The notes beneath the pieces are model-generated. The model did no database searches and had not been told where the DNA came from. It saw only the letters and a program-made list of their open reading frames with translations. This document shows, in pieces, positions 37,336 through 48,667 of a stretch of DNA of 64,000 nucleotides; positions within the stretch are counted from its first letter, which is position 1, and each line of letters opens with the position of its first letter. The stretch comes from Myxococcales bacterium (GTDB lineage: Bacteria > Myxococcota_A > Polyangia > Polyangiales > Polyangiaceae). A program made the translations under genes and the position numbers. The stretch spans positions 409,516-473,515 of the forward strand of contig JADKKK010000003.1 in assembly GCA_016720545.1 (NCBI GenBank). The letters are read 5' to 3'.

Positions 37336-37896
37336 TCAGTGCGAGACGCCGTCGGCGCGGAGGACCTTCAGCGCCGTGAGCCCGAGGATCTTGAGATCGA
37401 AGAGCGTGGACCTGTGCCGGCGGTAGTGGTCGTCGAACTCCACCTTCACGGGGATCGGCAGCTCGTCGCGACCGTTGATCTGCGCCCACCCGGTGAGGCC
37501 GGGCACCAAGCGATGAATGCCTCGGTCGGTCCGCAGGGCGACGAGGTCGTCTTGGTTGAAGAGAGCCGGTCGCGGGCCGACGAAGCTGATTTCGCCGCGG
37601 ACGATGTTGTAGAGCTGCGGGAGCTCGTCGAGGCTCGACTTGCGGAGGAAGGCGCCCACCGGCGTGAGGTGGCTGTTGGCGTCCTTCAACAAGTGTGTCG
37701 CCACGGCGGGCGTGCCCACGCGCATGGTGCGGAACTTGGGCATTCGAAAGATGGTGTTCTCTCGACCGACCCGGTCGGACCAATACAGCACGGGCCCCTT
37801 CGAGGTGAGCTTCACCAGCGCGGCCACTCCGAGCAGCACGGGCGTGAGCGGGGGGGTGATGATCGCGCAGAGCAAGAGATCCAGGGCTCGCTTCAT
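37336..37896 (-). CDS. polyprenyl-phosphate sugar phosphotransferase (bacterial sugar transferase, PglC/WbaP C-terminal type)
   Basis: N-terminal TM helix, then conserved RVGRENTIFRMPKFRTM...DELPQLYNIVRGEISFVGPRP. Confidence 0.8.
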   Translation of the reverse strand: MKRALDLLLCAIITPPLTPVLLGVAALVKLTSKGPVLYWSDRVGRENTIFRMPKFRTMRVGTPAVATHLLKDANSHLTPVGAFLRKSSLDELPQLYNIVRGEISFVGPRPALFNQDDLVALRTDRGIHRLVPGLTGWAQINGRDELPIPVKVEFDDHYRRHRSTLFDLKILGLTALKVLRADGVSH

Positions 37897-38849
37897 GGGA
37901 TACCTCGAGACGACTCAGCCAAACCCTCTTCGATGGAGAACGGGGGCGCCCAGCCGGTGATCCGGCGGAGATCTTCATCGTCGAGCGACAGGTTCTCGAT
38001 GAGGCGCGACGCGGCGTCGCCCTTGCCCGCGAGCCGCGCGACCGCGCGGAGGAGCCTCTTCGGCATCGGCACCACGCGCGGGCGGCGCCCGTCGGAGCGG
38101 GCGATGCGGCGCACGAGCTCGGGCGTGGAGAGATCTTCACCGTCGCGCACGACGAACGTCTGGCCGCGCGCCGCCTCGCACTCGAGGCAGGTCGCGATGG
38201 CGTCGGCGAAGTTCCCCACGAAGAGCAGGCTCCGTTGGTTCTTGATGCTCCCCACGGGAATGGGGAGCCCCGAGCGCACGAGGCGCCACAGCAGACGGAG
38301 GTTGCCCTTCACGCCGGGGCCGTACATGAGCGGCGGTCGCAGCACGACCGCGCCGAGGCCGGGGATCGCGCGGAGGCGCTCTTCCGCGTGCAGCTTGGAC
38401 CGGCCATAGGGGTCTTCGGGTCGGCACACCGTGCTCGGACGAAACGCCGTGCCCGGCTGCGTGCGCTCACCCATCGCCTTCACGGAGCTCACGTACACGA
38501 AGGAGCGCACACCGGCCGCTAGGGCGGCGAGGCCCACCAGCTCCGTGACCTCGGCGTTGTCGCGCTCGTAGTCGTCCGCATGCTCCTCGCCGCCCTCGTT
38601 CATGCGGTGCGCGCGGCCCGCGAGGTGGACCACGGCGGTGGCGTCGCCGAGCGCGTCCTGCAGATCGGCGGTGGCGAGGTCGCCCGTGACAAGCACTTCG
38701 ACTCCTGGAGGGAACGGGGGCGCCGACGCGGGGAGCGGCTTCCACACGCCCGCGCGAACCTTCCACCCGCGCGCGACGAGCGTAGGCACGAGCCGCGCGC
38801 CGACGAACCCCTCAGCGCCAGTGACGAGCGCGGTCCGCACCGTGCTCAT
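37893..38849 (-). CDS. NAD-dependent epimerase/dehydratase (SDR family)
   Basis: TGAEGFVG Rossmann motif, YxxxK (YGRSK). ATGA overlap with the sugar transferase gene. Confidence 0.8.
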   Translation of the reverse strand: MSTVRTALVTGAEGFVGARLVPTLVARGWKVRAGVWKPLPASAPPFPPGVEVLVTGDLATADLQDALGDATAVVHLAGRAHRMNEGGEEHADDYERDNAEVTELVGLAALAAGVRSFVYVSSVKAMGERTQPGTAFRPSTVCRPEDPYGRSKLHAEERLRAIPGLGAVVLRPPLMYGPGVKGNLRLLWRLVRSGLPIPVGSIKNQRSLLFVGNFADAIATCLECEAARGQTFVVRDGEDLSTPELVRRIARSDGRRPRVVPMPKRLLRAVARLAGKGDAASRLIENLSLDDEDLRRITGWAPPFSIEEGLAESSRGIP

Positions 38850-38972
38850 GCGCGTTCACCTGGGGACTTCTCGGACCGGTAGGAGTGGCACATTCCCAAG
38901 GAAGATCGCACGTGTCGCCGCCACGCGAAAGCGGAACGAGCCGGAACGAGCCGGAACGAGCCGGAACGAGCC

Positions 38973-40913
38973 TCACCCGCTGACGGCGACGAGGAGCGGG
39001 CCGCTCGCGCGGTCCTTCGACTCGTCCACCAGGGCGACGCCACGCGGCTCGCTCTTGCGGGGCACGCCCGCGAGCTTCGCCTCCGGCACGAGCTCGGCGA
39101 GGATGGTGCGGACCTTGAGCGCGTCCGGCTCGTGCGCTGCCGCCTCGAGGCTGTCGAGGCCGCGGGTGAGGAGCTCGCGGCCCACGGGACGGAAGCGGCC
39201 GACCTGGATCTTCGGGTGAGGCGTCTTGGCGAACGACTCAGCGTTGTGGAGCAGCTCCTCGAAGAGCTTCTCGCCGGGGCGAAGCCCGCTGAACTCGATC
39301 TGGATGTCGACGTCCGGGGTGAGACCCGAGAGCTCGATGAGGTCGCGCGCGAGGTTCACGATCTTCACGGGCTCGCCCATGTCGAGGATGAAGATCTCGC
39401 CCGTACCGCCGAGCGCGCCCGCCTGCAGCACGAGCTGCGTGGCCTCGGGGATCGTCATGAAGTAGCGCGTGACGTCGGGGTGGGTGACCACCACCGGTCC
39501 GCCCTTGGCGATCTGCTCGCGGAAGATGGGGACGACCGATCCGGCGCTGCCGAGCACGTTGCCGAAGCGCACGGCCGCGAATCGGGTCTGGCTGCCCTGC
39601 GCGCGGAGCTGGGTCACCATCTCGGCGATGCGCTTCGTGGCGCCCATGACGTTGGTGGGGTTCACGGCCTTGTCGGTCGAGATGAGGACGAACGCCTCGG
39701 CCTTGTGCTCGTGCGCCGCGCGGGCGATCTGGATGGTGCCGAACACGTTGTTCTTCACCGCCTCGCACGGATTGCCCTCCATCATGGGGACGTGTTTGTG
39801 GGCCGCGGCGTGGAGCACGATGTTCGGCTGGTAGTGCTTGAACACCCACTCGACGCGCCCCTGATCGGTGATGTCACCCATCAGCGCCTTGATCTTCTCG
39901 GCCGGGTGCAGCGCGCGGAGCTCTCGCTCGATGTGGAACAGCGCGTTCTCGTCGTGATCGAACAGGAGCACCACGGCGGGGTTGAAGCGCAGCGCCTGCC
40001 GCGCGAGCTCGGTCCCGATGCTCCCACCGGCGCCCGTGATGAGGACCGTCTTGCCTTCGAGGAAAGCCTCCACCTGACCGACGTCGAGCTTCACGGCCTC
40101 GCGCTGGAGGAGGTCTTCGATGGCGACCTCGCGCACGTTGCGGAAGCCCATGTCCTCGATGCGGTCGGAGACCGACGGGAGGGTCTTGGTGGGCACGTTC
40201 AGCTCGCGACAGTACCCCACGATCTCGCGCATCCGCTTCGAGTCGCTGCCCATCGCCAGCACGACGAGCTTCACGTCATACATGCCCACGTAACGGCGGA
40301 GGGCCTCGCGGTCGGCGGGCCCGAGCACGCGCACGCTGCGGATGAGCGCGCCGGCCTTCCGCGGGTCGTCGTCGAGGAAGCCGACGATGCTCCACTTGGC
40401 CTCGCGCATGCGCTGCACGTCACGGAGGAGGCTCTCGCCCGCGTCGCCGGCGCCGATGATGAGGGTGCGCGTGCCGTCGATCTTGGGGCCGCTCACGCGC
40501 TCACGGAGCAGACGAAAGAGGAAGCGGAACCCGCCAATGAGCGCGAGCGACGTCAGCCACTCGCCCACGTAAATGGAGCGCGGCATGCGGGTCGATTGGA
40601 CCATCAGCCCTATCACCGCGAAGCCCGCCGTGCCGACCGTGGTCGCCGAGACGAGGCTGCGCAGCTCGGGGATGCCCGCGTACTGCCACAGGCCGTGAAA
40701 CTGCCTCATCGAGTAGAAGACCACGATGCGCGTGACGATGAGCACGGCGAGCGCCGTCGGCACGCGCTGAGCGATCTCGGGCTCGATGCCCCCTCCGTCG
40801 AACCGGATCGCGAGCGCGAGCACGAAGCCCGCGGCCCACAGGCTCGTGTGGAGCGCGATGATTCCGATGCGTCGGAGCCACGGTCGGATCCAGAGGGTCT
40901 CGAGGAGGTTCAT
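38973..40913 (-). CDS. polysaccharide biosynthesis protein CapD/WbpM/PglF-type NDP-sugar 4,6-dehydratase
   Basis: N-terminal TM domain plus two Rossmann regions (LIIGAGDAG; VLITGAGGSIG). CapD fold throughout. Confidence 0.85.
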   Translation of the reverse strand: MNLLETLWIRPWLRRIGIIALHTSLWAAGFVLALAIRFDGGGIEPEIAQRVPTALAVLIVTRIVVFYSMRQFHGLWQYAGIPELRSLVSATTVGTAGFAVIGLMVQSTRMPRSIYVGEWLTSLALIGGFRFLFRLLRERVSGPKIDGTRTLIIGAGDAGESLLRDVQRMREAKWSIVGFLDDDPRKAGALIRSVRVLGPADREALRRYVGMYDVKLVVLAMGSDSKRMREIVGYCRELNVPTKTLPSVSDRIEDMGFRNVREVAIEDLLQREAVKLDVGQVEAFLEGKTVLITGAGGSIGTELARQALRFNPAVVLLFDHDENALFHIERELRALHPAEKIKALMGDITDQGRVEWVFKHYQPNIVLHAAAHKHVPMMEGNPCEAVKNNVFGTIQIARAAHEHKAEAFVLISTDKAVNPTNVMGATKRIAEMVTQLRAQGSQTRFAAVRFGNVLGSAGSVVPIFREQIAKGGPVVVTHPDVTRYFMTIPEATQLVLQAGALGGTGEIFILDMGEPVKIVNLARDLIELSGLTPDVDIQIEFSGLRPGEKLFEELLHNAESFAKTPHPKIQVGRFRPVGRELLTRGLDSLEAAAHEPDALKVRTILAELVPEAKLAGVPRKSEPRGVALVDESKDRASGPLLVAVSG

Positions 40914-41118
40914 GGGGGTTCCGGACGGTGAGGGGTGCCTTGTGTGGTGCCAAGCCCGGGCGCTGCGTTCATCTCCGAAGAGCGCTGGTCACGGTCGCGG
41001 CAGGCCTCCCGCGGAGCCTCGGTATACTTGCCGCGCCCGAGGAAGCAAGGCCGAACACCTACCACGAGGGAGATGTAGGTGAGCGTATGTCCAGTCCCCG
41101 GAGGCGACGGGCTGGGCC

Positions 41119-44109
41119 TCAGTCGGGGATCTCGACCTCGGAGGGCTTCATCGTGCGGAAGCTCGCGTCCACCAGGTCGATCACCTCGTCGAACCACGCG
41201 TCGAACTGCGGGCCGCCCGGCCTCGACGAGTCGACGTAGAACGAGCCCTGGATGCACTCCGGGCGACCGTCCTGCGAGCGGCACCTCCCGTCGACGTACA
41301 CGACGATGAACTTCGGCAGGCGGTTGGCCGACGAGCGCGTGCCATCGTTCATGAAGTTGTTGGTCACGAGCGCGACCGCCTCGAGATCGCGGGGATCTTG
41401 GCCGTACCCGTGGAGCACGTAGACGACCGGGTAGCGCACGTCGCGCGCCTTGTTGTCGGCGTGGGCGTAGCCGGGCGGCAGGGTGACGGCGATGGGGCCG
41501 GTGCGCTTCGTCTTCGGGCCTGTGAAGAAGTGCTCGCAGCGGCCTTGTTGGAGGCACTCGGCGCTGAAGGGCCCCGCGGCCTCCGGCGAGGGCTTGTCGA
41601 TCGTGACCTCGCTCCGGGTTCGATCGGCGTCGGGCCAGCGCTGCGCGACATAGTAGAAGCCGAAGAGGAGCCGGTTCAAGAGCTGCGCGGCCGTGCCGAC
41701 GTGCTGCCCGTCGCCGAGGAGGATCTGCGCCTTTGTGGCGTCGACCGCGCCGTACCGCACGTTGGGCATGTCGACGATGTCGGCCCAGCGGAGCTCCGAA
41801 GGCGCGAAGTCGATCGGGCGGGCGGGGTCCTGGCCCGGCAGGTACTCGTACCCGTTGTAGAAGGCGACCGACTTGAGCTGTCGGCCTTGGCCGTCCTTGC
41901 GTGAGCCCACGGCGCCCGCGAGGTGGTTGCCGACCGACGCGAAGTTGAAGAGGTCGCGCACGCCGCCGTCGGTGATGATGTCGAGGCGCTTCAGCGCGGG
42001 ATCGGTGAGCTCGCCACCGGGGATCTCGGAGGTCCACCGGGCCACGATCGAGTGCGCGTCGAAGCGCCGCACGTTTTTGTGCCCAGACGCCTCGGAGTAG
42101 ACGCCGTCACCCTCGCCGGGGTCGCCCGCGACGTGCCGATCTTTGGTGTTCGGCACTCCGTCGAGGCCGTCGTCGCGGAACTTCTCGCCCTTGTCGTAGT
42201 GGTGATTGAGCTCGGCACCGCCCGGCGACAGCATGTAGTCGTAGTCGTCTTGGTTCGGGTCGGGGTTCTGGACCGGATCGTAGCCAGGCTCGTCCTTGTC
42301 GCAGAGTCCGTCCGCGCCGCAGTCGTCCCACGGCTCGTGGCCCGAGCGAATGACGGGCTCATCCTTATCGCGCAGGCCGTTGCCGTTCAGGTCGACGGCG
42401 ACGGCGAAATTAACCGGCTCCGTGTGCTGGGATGGCACATCCATGAAGGTGTTCTTGTACGGGCTTACCCCCTCTTGGCCGCCGTCGCAGAAGGTGATCA
42501 CCGGCTTCGTGCCGTCGGGGTTGTACTCGTCGTCGAAGTAGTTCGCGGGGGCCTTCCACTGATTCTTTGGATCGCACCGGAACTTGGCGCATGCCTGCGC
42601 GATCGTTCGCTGCAGGGCGTTGTCCTTGTCGCCCTTCACGGGCGAGACGGAGAACGAGCAGTCGAGGCCCGCCGGGGCCCCGGCGACCCCCGACAGATCG
42701 CCCTTGATCCAGGGGTCGTTCTTGGTGGGGCCGGCGACCATGTGAGAGAGCGCCGGATCCCTATTTTCGCTGGCGAGGTTCCCGAACGCGAGGGCGAGAT
42801 CACCGAAGATCTGGGCATACTCGTGGCGAGGGAACGAGCCCCCATTGCCATTGCCCTCTTCGTACCAAAAGTGGTTGTAGTCCATCGAGTGCGCGAAGGG
42901 CTCGTGGAACGGGTAGCGCCCGGGCTCGTACTTCGTGCAGTTGGGGTTCGACGTGGGGCAGAAGCCACCGAGGGCGTACGCGTCGATGAACCAGGTGAGC
43001 CAGGTGTAGTCGGCGAGGCCGCCCAGCGGCGCCACGGCGTCGAACTTGTCGTGGTGGCGGAGGCCGAAGCTCGCGGAGCCGCCGGCGCCCATCGAGAAGC
43101 CGAGGACCGCCCGGTGGGTGAGGCGGCGCTTCACCTTCCCCTCGCCCGCGCCCTTCCGCGCGACCACCTGGTAGGTGCCGAGCCACGGCGCAGAGAACCG
43201 AAGCACGTAGCCGGCGCCCTCGGCCTCGACGCGGGGATTCGCGACGGGGACGGCCCGCGGCGTCTTGGCGCGGGGCCCCTGGTAGAGCACCTCGACGTGG
43301 CGCATGCGGGCTTGGCTGGGCAGCGCGGCCGGGTTGATGGGGAGGGCGAAGTCGACCTCGCGGCGGAGCACGTTGGACGAGGTGACGGGCGCGGTGCCTT
43401 CGAACGACACGGCGGGACCGAGGGCGCCGTACGTCGAGCCGGCGGTGAGGTCCGGCGTCTTGGCGCAAGCCACGGTCGCGCCGAACGAAGGCAGGGCAAA
43501 CTCGTCGGTGCGCGCGAAGGCCGTGGCGGGCGACGAGAGGGCCGCGCTCGCGAGCGCGCCGGCGCCGGTCACCTTGGGGCTCGCGCCGCTGAGGGTGCCC
43601 TGGCCCGCGCCTTCGCCCGGGGCGCAAGTGGGCGGCGTGCCGTCGCGTACGTCGATCGGGAGCTCGGCGGTGGCGGTCTCCACCTGGCCCGCGCTCGACG
43701 GGCTGGGTCGCTCGACGACCGCGGTGAGCGCGGTCGCGCCGGCCGAGACGGCCTGGAGATCGAAGGTCGCCGAGGGCTTACGGAGGTCGATGATCGCCGT
43801 CTCGGGGGCGCGCACGCCCTCGGTCTTGACCTTGAACGTGACCTTCACCGGCGAGCACAGGTCAGGGTCGACCGTGAGCGTGACCGGCCGGCTCGCGCCG
43901 GGAGCGACGATGACGCGCGCCGGGTCGAAGCGCAGCTTGAGGGGCGCGGAGTTGTCTGGCTCGCAGATCTCGCCCTTCGCGAGCGGCGTGGGGCCGGCCG
44001 GCGGCGGCGCGGTGGGCCCGGGTGGCTCGGAGCTGGTGCAGGCCGCGAGGGCCACGAGCAAGCCGAGCGAGGCGCGGGACGAAAGCGAAGAGAGAGGCCT
44101 GTACTTCAC
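41119..44109 (-). CDS. secreted lipoprotein: esterase-type alpha/beta hydrolase with thrombospondin-type-3-like Ca-binding Asp repeats
   Basis: Lipobox LVALAACTS; GFSMGAGGS nucleophile elbow; Dx[DN]xDGxxD runs (DLNGNGLRDKDEP, DDCGADGLCDKDEPGYDPVQNPDPNQDDYD). Confidence 0.65.
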   Translation of the reverse strand: MKYRPLSSLSSRASLGLLVALAACTSSEPPGPTAPPPAGPTPLAKGEICEPDNSAPLKLRFDPARVIVAPGASRPVTLTVDPDLCSPVKVTFKVKTEGVRAPETAIIDLRKPSATFDLQAVSAGATALTAVVERPSPSSAGQVETATAELPIDVRDGTPPTCAPGEGAGQGTLSGASPKVTGAGALASAALSSPATAFARTDEFALPSFGATVACAKTPDLTAGSTYGALGPAVSFEGTAPVTSSNVLRREVDFALPINPAALPSQARMRHVEVLYQGPRAKTPRAVPVANPRVEAEGAGYVLRFSAPWLGTYQVVARKGAGEGKVKRRLTHRAVLGFSMGAGGSASFGLRHHDKFDAVAPLGGLADYTWLTWFIDAYALGGFCPTSNPNCTKYEPGRYPFHEPFAHSMDYNHFWYEEGNGNGGSFPRHEYAQIFGDLALAFGNLASENRDPALSHMVAGPTKNDPWIKGDLSGVAGAPAGLDCSFSVSPVKGDKDNALQRTIAQACAKFRCDPKNQWKAPANYFDDEYNPDGTKPVITFCDGGQEGVSPYKNTFMDVPSQHTEPVNFAVAVDLNGNGLRDKDEPVIRSGHEPWDDCGADGLCDKDEPGYDPVQNPDPNQDDYDYMLSPGGAELNHHYDKGEKFRDDGLDGVPNTKDRHVAGDPGEGDGVYSEASGHKNVRRFDAHSIVARWTSEIPGGELTDPALKRLDIITDGGVRDLFNFASVGNHLAGAVGSRKDGQGRQLKSVAFYNGYEYLPGQDPARPIDFAPSELRWADIVDMPNVRYGAVDATKAQILLGDGQHVGTAAQLLNRLLFGFYYVAQRWPDADRTRSEVTIDKPSPEAAGPFSAECLQQGRCEHFFTGPKTKRTGPIAVTLPPGYAHADNKARDVRYPVVYVLHGYGQDPRDLEAVALVTNNFMNDGTRSSANRLPKFIVVYVDGRCRSQDGRPECIQGSFYVDSSRPGGPQFDAWFDEVIDLVDASFRTMKPSEVEIPD

Positions 44110-44246
44110 CGGGGAACCATACCCCGCCCCCTGGGCACCGCCACCCAGGAATCCGTGCCGTGCGCAGCCGGGCGTGTGCGCAGGTAGTGAAAAAACTTAC
44201 GTATTCTCGTGAGGCGAGGTGGCGGGCCGCGCGGCGAAGGCGGAGA

Positions 44247-47200
44247 TCACTGAACGACGCTGCACGCCAGGGGGTAGCGGAGGTTGCCCCACACGGCCCC
44301 GACCGGGAGGCCGCCGCGCTTCGCGACCGCGGGCCCCTTGCGCACGACGAACGCGCCGTCGCCGACGACGTTGCCCGCCGCCGCTTCGACGCAGGCGCGG
44401 CCCGGCGAGATGCGCACGCGACCGAGGGCGTTCGAGAGCGTGGCGAGCCGGCCGCCGCCGAGCCGGATCCTCAGCCCCGCCGAGAGCGGCACCTCGAGCA
44501 CGTAGCCGGGCTCGTCCCCGACGCACGCGCCGAGCGCGACGTCCGCGTACTCGGGGTCTCCAAGCAGCGTCGGGCCCCCCACGGCGCCGGTCTCGAGATC
44601 GACGGCGACGACCCACCGCTCCGGGCTCCCTCGCGACGCGGCGCCGGAGGCTTCGAGCACATAGCCCACGGCGCGCCCGTCGGTGCGGCGGGCGAGGCGG
44701 CCGACACGGCGCGCGCCGGTCCCCGCGCGGGGGACGCGCGCGAGCCGGCGCGCGACGCCGCCGTCGATCACCAGCAGGTCGCTGCCGGCGTCCGGGTCGA
44801 CCGCCGTGCCGGAGCGCGCGACGGCGATCACCCAGCGCCCCTCGACGCGCACGACGGACTCGAGCTCGGGGACATCGGCGCCGTCGGCGGACCGCACCTC
44901 GATCGGGCCTCGCCCAGACTCGAGCTCCCAGAGGCGGAGCCCCACACCGCCTAAGCGCGACGCGAGCAGCGCGTGTCGACCGTCGTCGCTCACGGCGACC
45001 TTCCATTGCGTGGAGTAGTGGGTGTACGCGTGGCTGAAGCTCGGGGTGGGCGCGCGCATCGCCTCGAGCAGCGACGCAGGCAGGGGCGTGGGCGCGGTCG
45101 AGTGGACGTCCGCGTAGCCATCGAAGGGGCTCAGCCAGCGCACCAGCAGACGCGTGGTGGCGTCGGGCTCTCGCGTGGGCGTCTGGGGGCCCCACACGTA
45201 GACGTGCGCGAGGGCGCGCGAGCGCGGCAGCTGGCTCAGGCTCTCGAACACCGCGGTGTTCAGCGCGGCGTGCTCGCCCTCGCGGACCTTCGGGGGCGCG
45301 GTCGCGAAGAACGGCGTGAGCTCCCGGACCGCCGCGGTGGAGCCGCCGTACGACGAGGAGAGCAGCCCGTGGAGGGGCTGCGGGCGGACCATCGGCCCCG
45401 AGTGCGCGGGCGGCACGCGCGGCTTGGGCGCGCCCGAGGCCGCGGGGAGGCTCGGGCTGGGCGCGAGGGCGTCGCACTCGAGGCTGAGCGGCGAGGTCGC
45501 GCGCGCAGGGACCTCCTCGACATGCGGTGACTTCGACTCACCGGTCGCATTCGACCCCACGCCCCAGCCGACGCGGAGCCACCCGGCCGCCGCGGCGCCG
45601 ATCGGCCCCACCGCGCGGCTCGCGACCTTCGCCAGCGGAACGAGCGGCTCCGGCACCTCCTCGGAGCGCCAGGTCATGCCGCCGTCGCTGGTCTCGTAGA
45701 GCCGGCGGGCGTTCGTGTAGCCGAGGCCGTAGCGGCCGGAGACCGTGGGAAAGCCGGCCTCGCGCACGTGCTGGCCAACCTTCACCGCGCCGTCGACGCC
45801 GATCTCCAGGCCCACCACCGATCCGCCCGCGTCGACCCACGCGCCGAGCACGCCCGGGCGCCGCTCTTCGACCGGATCGAGCCACACACCGAAGCGGAGG
45901 GCGCGCGCCACGTTCGCGTCGAGGCGAGGGAACGAGAGCGCGACGGTCTTCGCTTCGCCGCGGGCGTCGAGGAGGGTGAGCCGCGCGGTGCCGAGCTCGC
46001 CGCCCGACGCGACCGACGCGACGGGCGGCGAGAGGATCGCCACGCTGCGGTTCGCCAGGACGGCCACGCGCTCGGAGCCGACGTCACCGCGCACGCGCAC
46101 CTCGCGGAAGCGGTCGCCGTGGTCGAGGATGCAATAGGTCTGTTGTTTTGGCGGGTCGACCACGTCGACCCCGCAGGCGCCCCGCACGGCGAGCGCGCCG
46201 TTGCCGGAGGAGAGCACGACGCGGGGCGAGTCGAAGCGGCGGAGGAGCACGAGCCGGCCGGCGAGCGGATCGTACGCGTACAGGTCGGTGCGACCCCGAG
46301 GCTCGCCGCACACGAAGCCAAACGCGCCCTTCGCCGCTGGGCGGGTGAGCGAGACGCCGCGGCACCGAGCGGGCGAGAGCGGGAAGGCATCGGGCACGGC
46401 CTCGACCAGCGCCCCGTCCGAGAGGCGCACCCGACCGAGCGCGCCGTCGCGAGCGACGAGGGCCACCCCGTCCGTGAGGGGCCAGCCGTCCTCGATGGCG
46501 GCGAGCAGCGGCCGGGGGCCGAACACACGGACCTCGGGGCGGGCGGACGGGCGGCCCCCCCCGGAGTCGCTGCGCGCGGAACCTCGACGGAGCGCCGCGC
46601 CGCTCGGCGCGTCCGGCGCGACGCGCACGAGCTCGTCGTGCTCGCGCAGCTCGGCCGCGACCGCGCGGCCTCGCTCGACACCGGTGACCACGAGCTTGCC
46701 GAGGGGGGTGAGCGTGACGTCTCGCACCTGAAAGCCCGCCTCGACCCGGCGCCAGGTCGCGCCCGCATCGCCCGTGGCCACGAGGCCCGAGAGATCGCTC
46801 AGCGCGGCGGCCCGCCAGCCGTCGGTCGCCCCGTACGCAAACAGCTCGGGCCCGGGCGGATACGGCCCGAGGTCGCGCGTCGCGCCGGTCGCGGCGTCGA
46901 TGGCCACATGCCCGCGCGCGGTGCGGAGGTATACGCGGTCGAGCCCGGCGAACACCCGCTGGATGGGCGCGCGCGCGGCGTAGACGGGCCGCGCCTCCGA
47001 CAACCACGAGTCGGCGCGGAGCACGGTCGTGCCCACGACGAAGAGGTGGCCGCCGCCAAGCCGCGCCGGGATCGCCAAGGAAGACGCGGGCACGGCGCTG
47101 AGTCGGTCTTCGGAGACGCGCACGGCGCCGTCACTGGCCACGAGCACGCGGTAGCCCGCGACGACGCCGCGGAGCGCGCCGTCGGGCGCGGCGTCGGAGA

Positions 47201-47480
47201 GGGCCCCGGGATCGATGTGCTCGGGGACGAGGCGCGGGTTGCCCACCGTGGGGTCCTCGAAGGCGCCCACGCCGGCGTGCCGAACGCGGGCGGCCGCTTC
47301 GCCGACGGGCGCCCCGACGGCGACGGCGGGGGCCGGGCGTTGGCAGCCCGCGCCCGAGGCGAGGGCGAGGAGCAGAAGCGCCGAGAGGCCCCGCGAGGCG
47401 ACGCGCCGGAGCGCTCGCGCCTCGCGCGTTCGCAGGGTCGGGCGAGGGGCGGCGAGCACCATCGGGTTCCACCGTACCAC
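44247..47480 (-). CDS. large hypothetical secreted/lipoprotein (~1075 aa)
   Basis: A single long frame with a signal-like N-terminus (LSALLLLALASGAGC) and non-Arg-biased composition. No recognisable domain. Confidence 0.5.
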   Translation of the reverse strand: MVRWNPMVLAAPRPTLRTREARALRRVASRGLSALLLLALASGAGCQRPAPAVAVGAPVGEAAARVRHAGVGAFEDPTVGNPRLVPEHIDPGALSDAAPDGALRGVVAGYRVLVASDGAVRVSEDRLSAVPASSLAIPARLGGGHLFVVGTTVLRADSWLSEARPVYAARAPIQRVFAGLDRVYLRTARGHVAIDAATGATRDLGPYPPGPELFAYGATDGWRAAALSDLSGLVATGDAGATWRRVEAGFQVRDVTLTPLGKLVVTGVERGRAVAAELREHDELVRVAPDAPSGAALRRGSARSDSGGGRPSARPEVRVFGPRPLLAAIEDGWPLTDGVALVARDGALGRVRLSDGALVEAVPDAFPLSPARCRGVSLTRPAAKGAFGFVCGEPRGRTDLYAYDPLAGRLVLLRRFDSPRVVLSSGNGALAVRGACGVDVVDPPKQQTYCILDHGDRFREVRVRGDVGSERVAVLANRSVAILSPPVASVASGGELGTARLTLLDARGEAKTVALSFPRLDANVARALRFGVWLDPVEERRPGVLGAWVDAGGSVVGLEIGVDGAVKVGQHVREAGFPTVSGRYGLGYTNARRLYETSDGGMTWRSEEVPEPLVPLAKVASRAVGPIGAAAAGWLRVGWGVGSNATGESKSPHVEEVPARATSPLSLECDALAPSPSLPAASGAPKPRVPPAHSGPMVRPQPLHGLLSSSYGGSTAAVRELTPFFATAPPKVREGEHAALNTAVFESLSQLPRSRALAHVYVWGPQTPTREPDATTRLLVRWLSPFDGYADVHSTAPTPLPASLLEAMRAPTPSFSHAYTHYSTQWKVAVSDDGRHALLASRLGGVGLRLWELESGRGPIEVRSADGADVPELESVVRVEGRWVIAVARSGTAVDPDAGSDLLVIDGGVARRLARVPRAGTGARRVGRLARRTDGRAVGYVLEASGAASRGSPERWVVAVDLETGAVGGPTLLGDPEYADVALGACVGDEPGYVLEVPLSAGLRIRLGGGRLATLSNALGRVRISPGRACVEAAAGNVVGDGAFVVRKGPAVAKRGGLPVGAVWGNLRYPLACSVVQ

Positions 47481-47611
47481 CCGAGGACCACTTTTTCCGG
47501 TTCGGCGCTAAAAGCGGCTACGGTGCCGTCGTTCATGGCGACACCTCGCCGTGGGCTCGGGCTCGCCATCGACCTTCCAGGTTCGGCATGTTTCTCACCA
47601 AGGAGTCGACC

Positions 47612-48610
<999 letters not shown>

Positions 48611-48667
48611 GCGCGACGGGATTCACGTGCATACTGCACGCCTATCCCGCCGCGTCCCGCCGCGTCG

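Noticed and set aside
40910-42037. 375-aa ORF overlapping the CapD and esterase genes
   Set aside because: Extremely Arg-rich (RRRRARP...). It is a wrong-frame artefact antisense to the esterase gene.
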